From assembly GCF_037042905.1 (NCBI RefSeq), contig NC_087251.1, positions 1,364,001 to 1,428,000 on the forward strand: a stretch of DNA of 64,000 bases, written 5' to 3'. The translations under genes and the position numbers were made by a program. This document shows positions 15,201-27,200 of this stretch, piece after piece. Numbering within the stretch: the stretch's first letter is position 1; each line of letters opens with the position of its first letter. The stretch comes from Lytechinus pictus. Lineage: Eukaryota. The notes under the pieces are model-generated. The model made no database searches and had not been told where the DNA came from. It was given only the letters and a program-made list of their open reading frames with translations.

Positions 15201-18200
15201 CTAGCCTGTAAAACCTCTTCATTTTATGAAATTATTGAAATTCAAGCCTTATTTCAAATAACCAGAACTTTGTTATTTTTGACCATTTTCTGTAATTGAG
15301 GTATCAAATTAAAGAGCAGATATTGAACTTTTTAAAAATGTGGTTTTCTATTTGGAACCCAGATACAGCAAGCCAAATGACTTTTTGGTATCTCCTCTTC
15401 AAATTATTTTTGCTCACTCATGTATGGATGAGAAATAATCTAAGTAATTTCAGATGAAAGAAGAGATTCTAAGCTTTACAATGGTAGGTCATTTGTTTAT
15501 TGAATTTGTGATTAAGTTATGATAAATTATCGATAAATCTCGGTTTTGTTTTTTGTGGGACGCACTGTATATTTAGTTGGGTAAGATTAATTTTGGTCAC
15601 ACCAGGATATTAATATTACATGAAGTAAATAGTGTATACACTTTAATAAAGCTTATATACCAGATATAGGGGTACATCTACACACCCTACTGTATATTAC
15701 CAGCATGATGTGGTTACCTCTCATCTCAATTGACTCATTTCTATGTGTACTTTATCACATTAATGACAATGCATGGAGCTTCACATGGTTAATATTAACA
15801 TTGCATTGCATATCAACCCAACAAGCATGGTATCATAAATTTATATATATTTATTTGATAAGACTGTTTTGTCATTTTATGTTATGTTTTGTGCTGTTAT
15901 CATCTTGTCTATCGTCAAAATGTTTGTTGTTTATGAAGTCAATTTAGTATTTGTATTTGTTCACAGTTTCTTTCACTTTCGATGACCAAGTTGAAAAATA
16001 TCTTGCATGTTTATTGCTTTGAAAAAGAATGCCTCAAAACGAAACTGCTGCACCAGAGTCTTTTGCACATCAAAGATGTATTTATTGATCATTTTCTTGT
16101 TGTTTTATCATATATGAACAAAAATTCTTTGTGTTATTTATCTTTTCATCTCTTATGTTTTAAATTGAACATTCATTGTGATTTTGATATCATAACCTAC
16201 AGCATTTGTACAAATTTATGCAGTGCATGTATGTTTGTGCTATGCATTTATTAACTATTTTCCTTTTCCTTTTTTTTCTATTTGCAAATAATCTTGTAGG
16301 CAAGGGAGTGAAGACGATAGAAGAGACCGCCGAGACACCAGAACAGGGTGGAGAAGGTAATTGTAATTTGTATGGATGAGTAACAATGTTACATATGGAG
16401 GGAGTAAGGGCAGTAAAAGACATTGCCTGTTTCTATGGCAAAATTTATTTTAACCATTGTTCTGCAATACAGCAAATAATGCATGGATCGCTCTTCCCGC
16501 ATGAACGCAATTTATCAGCAAATAATATAGCCTCTGAAAGAACAAAATATCAAAGTAGTAAATTGTGTATGTTGCTTTGGACAATACACCTGTCAAAACA
16601 TACTATAAGCCACCAATATAAACTCACTCGGTCTTTGGCATTCTAGTGAGTAAACCTGGATTTAACCCAAGACTCAAAAATCATTTTGCTTCACACCTCT
16701 ATGGAGTGCTAGGTTTCGTGTTCCTTTTTCAAATCACTTAAAGATAACACTGAAGAATCCATTGAAACACATTATAAAATCACATTATTTCTCAACAAAC
16801 TAATTGTTTGGACTGATATTCACTGCAATATTAAATTATTGCAATTAAAACTGTCAACTGGCATTCCATAAAACTGTGGTGTAATTTAACTTGTAGGACA
16901 TACTTTGATTATGAATGGTATGTGATTACCACCCAGTGTTACCGCCCAAACAGAATGAAGAGCAAACTTTATTCATGGATTTTAAAGAAGAGGTGTCACA
17001 AATTTTGTTCAATCTTTATGAGAATAACCACATATGTTATGCATGTGTGTATAACCCCAGTCATATTAACATGTCTGTGTGTCATGTTTTGAAGGAATGG
17101 CTTTTGTAGTACCCCACCCCAATCTGTTGTCTGTATGCTTTTTGTCTTCCCGTCTCTATGGTTACAGGCAGTGTAAATAAAGAGGGTTCATCGCCCTCAA
17201 CACCTGAAGATAAACCATCAAGAACAGAAGGTAATGATATTGAATTTTAACTACTTTGCTCATGTAATGGTCTATGTATTTCAAATATTGAAAAGTTAAG
17301 ATATAATACAAACAGAAAAGTAAACAATAGAAATAAAGAAATAGATTTGTTTGCCAAATAAATGCTCCAATTTCTATATTGTGGTGACTCTGATTTTTAT
17401 TCTAAAAAAAATTACATTTTAAACTTTAGGATTAATGATATCATCACTATATTCAAGGTTAATTGTTGCCATTTGTTTGCCAAAGAATGCCAGTTTGCTT
17501 TTGTCAGAGATGTATATAATTGCAGGAAATGTGAGTTTTACCTAATTTTAGAATATCTGAGCTTTTTTCAAGTGTTGTGTGAATGTTTGCCATTGTGGCA
17601 AGATTCCTTTTTTATTACAATCTATCAGAATAGTGAAATGTTTACACCGAGCTGCATGATCTATAGTCAGCTTCCAAAACGTTCACTGTTATAATACATG
17701 TATAATGTTTATTTGTGCATGCTACATGTGTATGGAATGAAATTTAAGTATATTATTATATTGCAATATTTATGTCATTAGTGTGCTAAAATAATGTTTA
17801 CTTATTACGCTAGTATTTTAAAAAAGAATCATATGTATATTTTGTTTTTTTATCACATAATGTGATACATTTTATTTTTAGAAAATGGGCAAAAATGGGA
17901 ATATAGAATTTGAAAGTTTTGCCTATATTACAGTTACATATCACATAGGATGTTTATGTAATTGAGTTGATGATGTCATCCGTACCTGTTCATTTTCATT
18001 TTATGAAATTGAATTAGTGCCTTGATGTATTTCTGCAATTTATTACAGCCAGAATGAAATAAACTTTATCTTAAAGAATTTTTAAAGACTTTCCACTGTG
18101 GACTCCTTGTGAATTGGAGGAATCCAAATAATGATTTTTTTTAAATTCCTATGTGATCTTACTCTCATCTAATGTTTAAAAGTTGTACACATTTATATTT

Positions 18201-21200
18201 TGTTGTGTCATGAGTCAACATCTACATTCACAACACAAGACTTTAGGAAGGTAAAAAATAGAAAACACGTTATGGTCTATAAACTCATTGCATCCCAGAA
18301 AAAAACCCAATAAACTTTTGATCCTCATAGAATAAAAGAACAGGAAGATGAACACTTGAAAAAAGAAAAATTGATTGATGGCCAAGTACATCACAGTTTC
18401 AAGATAATGTGTAAGAAATTTGAAGAATTCTCATTAGTATTCTTTCTTCAGTATATTGTATTGTATATACATGTAGTATTGTATCGGTTGCTGGTTTTTT
18501 TTTTAATGGTAATATTTCACTGATGATCTTCGAATGTTCCTAATAAAAGATGATATACAGGTGTATGCAGCTACATGCGGCCTGTTCATTGCATATTCCA
18601 TTGGATGTTGGTAGTCCCCTTGTTATGACAGACTTGAGTTTATACAGTGAAAATTTGATAAATGAATAAGCTTGTACTGGAGATGGGTCCTCTTAACATA
18701 ATACTTATTCTTACTGGTAACCTGACCGCCTTTTGCAAAATACCATGAAAACAATCTACAGCCAATCAAAATCAGGCTATCCATCTTTAGTTGTAAGATT
18801 TGTTGGCTGCTCATAGTTGCTATACATTATATTTACATCAATCACATTTTATTCCTGTATTTAGTATCAAAATAAGATTGATTGAGGATATGTGCTGATT
18901 ATATTTAACAGGATATGTGCTGATTATATTTAACAGCAAGTGTCAAAACTCCACCACAAAATTTTGTGGATTAGACTCCATTTCAGACCAAGACTGGCGT
19001 TAAAAGTGAAATTGACAAATGGAAAATATATAAGCTACATAGTAGAACAATGTAAGTTTCATGCACCACTTGACAGCTGAGTATTTTGATTCAATAGGTT
19101 TGTACACAGAAAAAATGGTCCTAAGCTGAATGCAGATAGAATAGGAACGCTGCACCAAATAAGTGGGAAATAGAATATGATAAAAAGTAGCCCAAAGCTG
19201 TAGATTTCATCAATTCAAGCTTGGAGGAAAAGATATTTATGATACCACTATATGATAGAAGTGAAGAATGTGTAATCTGAAAAGTTACGGTCCGTGTTCA
19301 AACCTATATGGAATCACAATGCTTCTAACACTTTATGACAGCATGGTCTTGAGGCTGGTGAAAAGCATGTATAAGAAAGCCTATTTTCGAAGCCCAATAA
19401 TTGGAGCTATTCTTCAACAAAACAAAGTACTCAGTTGGTAAGCAGAGAAAATGCATGAAGCTTGCATTTCTGTGTTAAGTAGTTTATAAGGTTTCGATTG
19501 GTATATGATTTGTCAATTCTACTTTTGGGTCCGGTCAGGGCCTTTAAAACTCTGAATATAATTTTACCAAAATTGAAGGACATGGTGCTACCTTTTGCTC
19601 AGCTCTTAAGGACGTTCCACAGTTATGTTTGTGCGCATTATGATCTGCGCATAGTTTACACTCTGCGCACTGACGTCACAATGGATGAACAGGTGATTAA
19701 TTAGCTGCGGGTATGAGCTGATTTTTCTCATCTTCTGCACTTTAACTGCAGATCCTATGTGTTATTTCATGAAACTAAAAAATTGAATTATTCCATGGAC
19801 CATTCAAAAAAATTTCTCTACAATTTCAAAATACTTTACCCTGCAGTGCTGCCAAGAATCACGAATATTACCCCGAGTTTGAATAAATGGTAGAGTGGTT
19901 TTGATTTTTCTTCACATAGATACAAAGCATTCGGCGCATTTTTGGTGTTTTAAAAAGCACATTTGCTCTAATAAAAATGCTGATAGTTTAAAAACAAGCA
20001 CATGAACCCCTATTTTTTAATGTTTGTACCTCTTAGGTATACCTTCCTCTACAACTCTGCAAATTTTGGTGAAAATAACATGGATTTTGAATAAAGTGCA
20101 GCATATATTGTACGTTTGTAGTTTGTTACTGAAATTTCACATTTTTTAGATTGGGATTTTGTTATCTTTTACGCCATTTTTAAGAACTGGCAGTGCTGTT
20201 AAACTTAAAATTGCAAACAAATAGCACTATAAATAGATTCTCCATTCTAATGATACAATTATTAACTCTCTTGCGAAATTTTATGACTTTTTCATGTATT
20301 TTGACTGAGTAATAGAGGTTTAAACTCATTGTAGTAATCTTGGGCGGTCTACAAATGCCAAATTCGTTTGAATGCGCAATTCTTAAGAATATCAATTTGG
20401 GTGAACTTTGAAGCTCTATAGCAAAAAATCAAGCACATGGACCTATGTTAATTTTTGCATATTTCGAATATTAAGGTTCTAAAGTATCTATGAGCAAAGT
20501 TTGGTGAAAATGACATGGATTTCACTTTAACTGTGGAACGTCCTTAAGATCAGAGCGAGGACGTACTACTTGACATTTTCCTGATCAGAGGTCAAAGTTA
20601 AGATACCAAATAATGAATTGTGCTTCAAATTGAATAATGTTACTTTGTTATCAAATTAAAAGGTAGCAAGGATGAGAGTGTTCCCCCTGGCTCTGAAAGA
20701 AAAGCATCAAAGGGAGATGGTAATTTTTTTACTCTCACTTCATTTCCTAAATTTGTTTTCAAAGCTTTGATTTATTAGAGAGAATAAAAGGTTGGCAGCT
20801 ACAGGTATACCAATGAGTTAAGTGGCATCTGTCCATTATTGTCATATTATTTCCACAAAAGATCTTCTATTCAGAAGGTGTAGACTGATTTTAAATTGAA
20901 TTGTATTAATGGAAGCAGTTGTCGTATGTGACACTTAATATAAAAAACTGTTTGATATTTGGAGTTCGGTATTATATAGTTGCTAAACATTATTTTTATT
21001 TTCAATCTGTCATATATCTAGGCCATAGTTGTCTATTGTCAAAATATTTAATTCAATTTTTTTTCCTCAAAACTTCTGATTAAGCTTGGTCATTACATTC
21101 TCACTACCATATTAAGTAACTCAATGGTGTGGTGACTGCTAAACAGTAATGTTACTTGAAATGCAATAGGAAACATATACAAACACACATTATTGACATT

Positions 21201-24200
21201 CAAAATCTACTGTTTACATTTGTTATTATTTATTTGCTTGTTTACTTGTTTCTGCTTAATTGATACATTTACCTAATTTTATTATAGTTTATTGTATTAA
21301 ATCAAGAGAATCATTTGTTTTATTACATGGATGATTTATTTTGGTGTGTGTTCACAAATGCCAGCAGCTGACCGGGGAAACTTTGTGTCCTAAGTTTATA
21401 AAGAACTAAAGGAAGGTAAATACAATTAGTTTAGATTAAGTTTTGGAAGATGTTTTGATTGTTTTAGCTTGATCGTTTCCTTCAAACAGTGAAAAGTGAT
21501 GACTTGAAGCCGAGAAAAAAATTATCACGGCAGGATGCCCAAGGTAAAAAATTCTTACTGGTTTATATTTTGTTGATAATAATTTCCTTTAAATTATACA
21601 GAAATAATGAAATGTTACTCATACTTTGAGCCTTATATCATCAATTATTTCATTAATTGAGGTAATAAGATTTCGGGAACATCCCTGTTCTCGTACATGA
21701 AATTGTCTCCTTAATTTTTTCTGTTTTATGAAGTAGGATAAATCCAAAATTATGTTATATATATTACACCATTATGGATATAATTTACAATCATGGATTA
21801 TCTTATATTTTCATCTTGATGTTTATGATTATTTATTTTTATTCAATTATATTCATCTTTACTCTGGGGCTGTTGAGGGACATTGTATTATTTTCATTCA
21901 AGGAATATCTTAAGAATGCTCTCCAAAAAAGTTCATCACTTTGTCATTTTTATTTATTGAACAAAGCTCAAGTTCATTTTGTAATTTGTATTTAAGGACA
22001 TTTTATTTGCAATTTGTGGAATATTTCTATTTTCTATTTGATTTCTTCATTTTTATTTTGTGATATCAATCAATATGGTGTGTGCAATGCTTTCATTGAA
22101 ATTATCCAATAAAGTTCTTAGAGATGATTTGAAAATTCTTTGTAAAGTAAATACATATCTTGTAGCACAAGCCTGCAAAATGTGAGTTTGATGGTGACAG
22201 AGGTCTTTAACTCTTTGTCCTTTGATTTGTTTTCAAGCAAATGCATATGTGATATTTTGAAAAGTGTATTTTTCAGTCTTTGATAGTCTTTTTATTTATT
22301 GAAAAAAGATGAAGACTCAGGCAGCAGTAGACCGCCCCCTCCACGTGTAAAGAGAAAAATAACCAAAATGGATACTCAAGGTAATAAACAACAACAACAA
22401 CAGCAATAATGATAACATTCTCAAGGATGTCTGCATCTGAATTCTACATTGTATTTTAACCATGCATTAATCATACAATTTAATTATATGCTTGCTTTGA
22501 AAAAAAGAAAGAATTTGCTATACATGTCCTTGTTATTGTTATTTACATCTACATGTATTGCTCTTTATGACTAGTGTATGGTCAAACCTCTTCCTGTACC
22601 TTCTTTATTTTCCCTTTATAAAACAAGGATAGAAGATTACTAATCATGGACCTATCACATACAGTGAAACACAGTATAAACAGCTCATCATGTTTTCATT
22701 TATAAATATATTTATTTTCATGTATAACCGTTACAAAATAAAAGGAAAGTTTTTCTTCAGTTTTAATGAGGGTTAACATCTTGTCAAAGTATTACATTTT
22801 GGCTACTTTTTATATAAATGTATACCATGTTGATGTGATTGTGGAGGGATAATTCATGCATTGATTGTGGTTTATATTTAAGTATGGAACATTATTAACA
22901 TGGAATCAATCATAATGTAATGGGTGACTCATTATCATTCGGTTAATGTGGTTTAATAACACCATATCTGTAATATTTTAAAAATTATATTGTGTAATTG
23001 CCATAAAGATATGTGCCTTCAGCTTAAAGGTAGAATATTAGGGACACTATAACATTCGCAATGCAAATACTTTAATTCATTCAATTATGATAGTCAGTAA
23101 ATGGGACATGCAAACCTAAATGAAACTAGAGTACGACTGTTTTGTGTGACTTTGTGTGACTTATTGAAACAAATGAATATCATTTGCTTGCTATGGGAGA
23201 TATTAAAAACATATTGTCCATTTATCATGTTGGACAACTTAGGAACATGCTTCTAATGTATGCACTATGAAAGAATTCAGTTTCACGGTACATTTAAGGT
23301 TTAGTGATGAGTTTTAACATCGTGCCTTCAGAAATTTAAAATTGTTTGTACATGTAAACCTGCACATGGTATTTGTACGTAGTGTACACATACCTTACAT
23401 CTTTTGTCTGATCTTGAAAAATTAATGGTCACAACAATTATTTAATTCACTCTTGATAAGAGTATATTTTTCAGAAGTGATTGAGAGAGAAAGATTGAGA
23501 AAGAGAGAAAAAGAAAGTGTGAGTGAATTCTATGTGTATGATGAAAAAGGTCACTTGATAAAAAAAAAATCTTTTAAAGATGATATTCATTAGCAAAAAG
23601 AAAACAAGCCTCATGCTTAAAAATATAATTGCATATTCTGTGATATCAATGAAATATGAGGTCATTCAACATTCCATAATCATGCATAAACCATAAGTTT
23701 TAAATGTAACATTATGACACTCCAGCAAGCAGCTCCTGACATAGCTGAGCTCAATTGTTTACATAGCATTAACAGAAATGGTGTCTCAAAGTTTGTTTTT
23801 TACACTATAGATATTTCTGAACCAATTTGCTTAAAATGAGTCACTTTTTTTTATTCATAAGTACTAAATACAATTTAATATCAGTATGCCTAACTTATTT
23901 TCATTTTATATGACAAAATAGTTATGCAAAGCATCACCCCGATACTGGGCCTGCTCTTATTTATGTTCATTTCATTTCAGTTTCTAAGCATGTTTATTGA
24001 AATGTTTTTGATTGAAGGCCTGCATTGGTGTGGATATCACCTCAGTAAAATTATATCTCAGATTCTTACTGTTTTCAAACATTCTTGGGATTTTCTTTAA
24101 TTTTGAAAAACATGCTTCTATAGTAAAAACAAATTAAATTGAACACAGTCATCGATACATAGTGCATTGTTATTAGGTTTTTTCTAATTATCAATTTTGT

Positions 24201-27200
24201 TCCAAGATTAGATTATATATAAAATGTTGTTAATTTTTATGAAAAACGTGTAGTTGGAGTGTGTTCTTCATAAAGCTGATGGATTATTTGCATGGGTTTG
24301 CATTCATCTTTGAGCTACTGTCATCCAAGTTACCATGTGTACAAACAACAAATTCTCACTTGCTAATTGTTATCTGCAGTTTCTAATCATTACAAAATTG
24401 GGGTCATAGGAATCATTATATTGCTGCATATGACATGTTTGTAACTTTGTACAGTCAATGTATTCATTTGATTCCAGCTTTTTCAGTCCATTTTGGTAAT
24501 TCAGTGGGTGAATAACATGTTATTGTATTCATGGCAGTCATATCATTTTGTTTAATGACATGAATTACTTGTTTGCTTGTATTGGCCTTTTGTTTATATT
24601 CATTTGTGGTTGGGTACATTAACATTTTTTGTTTATATACTTATTGTTTATATACTTACTGCTTCATAGTCGTAAATATGAATGTATAGGAGTCCTTCAT
24701 ATGAATAATCATTATTTTCTGATAAATATGGACACAATATGATAAAGGTAAGTATTAGATGTCTGTATATTCTGCATTGCTTTACGGGAATTTGTGACAT
24801 TTGTGATTTATTTGCTACCAAAATTTTGTTTCATGAATGTGTATGTCCATGTGTCTTTTATTTTCAACTGGTGATTTAAAATCTGTATGAAAAGCTGAGC
24901 TGCGCTTTAGTCACTCTAAAATTTCAATATAGACAAACAAAACTTCAGTCTTGAAAACTGCATTGAATTGACCATTTGAGATATCACTGTTAAATCAATA
25001 AATACCCCTTGTAGATAGAAATCAGTTTTAAAATGTCTCTCGTCATCTTTCATCATCTGTTCGAATACCTTTTCATTTTTTTTGGTTCCCTTTCCCTGTA
25101 TCATTTTTTCCATAATAAATACTGTTGGGTATTATTTTCCCTAGTGATTCAGATAGAACCGAATATAGAGTGGTTTCACGAGATGATTCTGTGGTCATCG
25201 ATTGATCATATCATTAAATCCTAATTATATAATTTTCTTTATGTGTGTGTTTTCTTGTGTGCAAAGTTAGTGAGTCCATTCTAACACAAAGCCATTTTAA
25301 ATATGCTTGCTTGGCTGCCAAGACCAAATATATCTTAACTATTGGGTGAAATAATGTTTGGATATGAGGGTGTATTGAAGCATGGCAGGTGACTTCATGT
25401 GGTATATGAGCTTGTTTAACTTTATGGGAGTGAATACCCCTATTCAAATTTTGACAAATAAACAAAAAATACTTAACATTTAGATGATTGTTGATAACAT
25501 CAAGATTATTAATTGTGCATAAAATCATGCATAACTTAAAACAGCTATTTGAAACACTGCTCTTGTATTTGAAAATCATGAAATTATTTGTATGCAGAAT
25601 TACTAAAACAGCAGGCTGTTTTAGATCAGTCAGGTGTTTTGAAAATCACTTTATTATTTGTATAATATTTCAGCATTCTATTATTGTTCTTACAGAGAAA
25701 AGTGGAGAGGTTGAAATGAACGGAGAAAATGGAGATGCTGGCAATGATTCTAAGCTTACAGATGTCCAAGAAGATGATGATGAAGAGAGTGAGGATAGTG
25801 ATGATGAAGAAGCTCTCAGTAAGGAAGAAGCACTTAAGAAGATGCAAGAAAAGAAAGATAGGGTTAGTATATTAGGCACTCGTTTGTTGCATTTACTCAA
25901 AGAGTGTCTCCTATTCATCCAGGAATGAAGAAATACCACACAAATTGTTCTTGATATCATACTCTGTTCTCAGATGAATGATTATCCATTGTCTATTTAT
26001 AATTTTTAAGTAATTTGCAATTGTTAACGTGCAATCTTTCTTTTTACTCATTGGGACTGTTGATATGGATCAATCACTACTCATTGTATTATAGATATTA
26101 TTCAGATCTTGAGTGATAACCTTTTTGACCATCCAGTGAATGATTACTTATTTTGACTATCCAGTGAATGATTACCTGTTTTGACTATCCAGTGAATGAT
26201 TACCTGTTTTGACTATCCAGTGAATGATGACATGATTTGACTATTCAGTGAATGATGACATGTTTTGACTATCCAGTGAATGATGACATGTTTTGACTAT
26301 CCAGTGAATGATGACATGTTTTGACTATCCAGTGAATGATGACCTGTTTTGACCAACCAGTGAATGGTGACCTGTTTTGACTATCCAGTAAATGGTTACC
26401 TGTTTTGACCATCCAGTGAATGATAACCTGTTTTGACCATCCAGTGAATGATGACCTGTTTTGACCATCCAGTGAATGATTACCTGTTTGACTATCCAGT
26501 GAATGATTACCTGTTTTGACCATCCAGTAAATGGTTACCTGTTTTGACCATCCAGTGAATGATGACCTGTTTTGACCATCCAGCGAATGATTACCTGTTT
26601 TGACCATCCAGTGAATATTTTTTATCAATGAACAGGGTACAGCTGGTCAAGAAGCAGAGGCTGGAGCTGAGATGTCAGCCTTGGTCAATTACATCCAGCC
26701 TGTCCATTTCTCTCATTTTGAAGGGTCAGAAAGTAAGTCTACAATTCTGTTAAGTGTTTAATTAAAAAAAAAACATACTTTTAACCCTAAAGCTGCAGGG
26801 GGGGGGATCCCCTTTACATTTTCCGCGACCATTCCCCTAAGCGTAATTTTTCGGATGCATCTCCGAATTTCCACTTTGTCATCTTCCACATCTTTTGACA
26901 CCAAATTCACGATGCCCGGGTATGCAGTTCGAAAATCACGCAACGTTACATAATTGCATGTCAGACCCGAAATTGCCCCAAATCGTGATTTTGTGTACAA
27001 AGTCAATGTAAATTGCATTTTCACACCTTAATTCATAAAGATGATTATTTTTACTTTCATCAGCTGAAATTAATTGATTTAATAGCATAACTATGCTTTA
27101 AAAAGTTTCTGCTATAAATTTGGCAAAAAACAAAGAAATTCATTTTTAAACCAGGATTTTGTAATTTTTAATAACGGTTCTGTATAAAGGATATTTTCAC

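Noticed and set aside
18886..18936. 25-bp tandem duplication ggatatgtgctgattatatttaaca
   Set aside because: Ordinary local duplication with no functional sign
23475..23518. Purine-rich candidate exon [14 protein letters not shown]
   Set aside because: GA-rich low complexity; the good donor (gtgagt) gives a frameshifting 44 nt and the in-frame donor is poor
24690..24747. Candidate exon with strong donor AAG|gtaagt
   Set aside because: Stops in all three frames and AT-rich composition; could only be a poison exon, for which there is no evidence
25626..25960. Minus-strand ORFs here, and at 34653-34907, 44753-45001 and 46626-46835
   Set aside because: Antisense shadows of PLC-beta exons
26123..26616. 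CRISPR-like array, and the 119-aa minus-strand ORF 26269-26628
   Set aside because: Units are contiguous with no unique spacers and the context is a eukaryotic intron; the ORF is a by-product of the repeat
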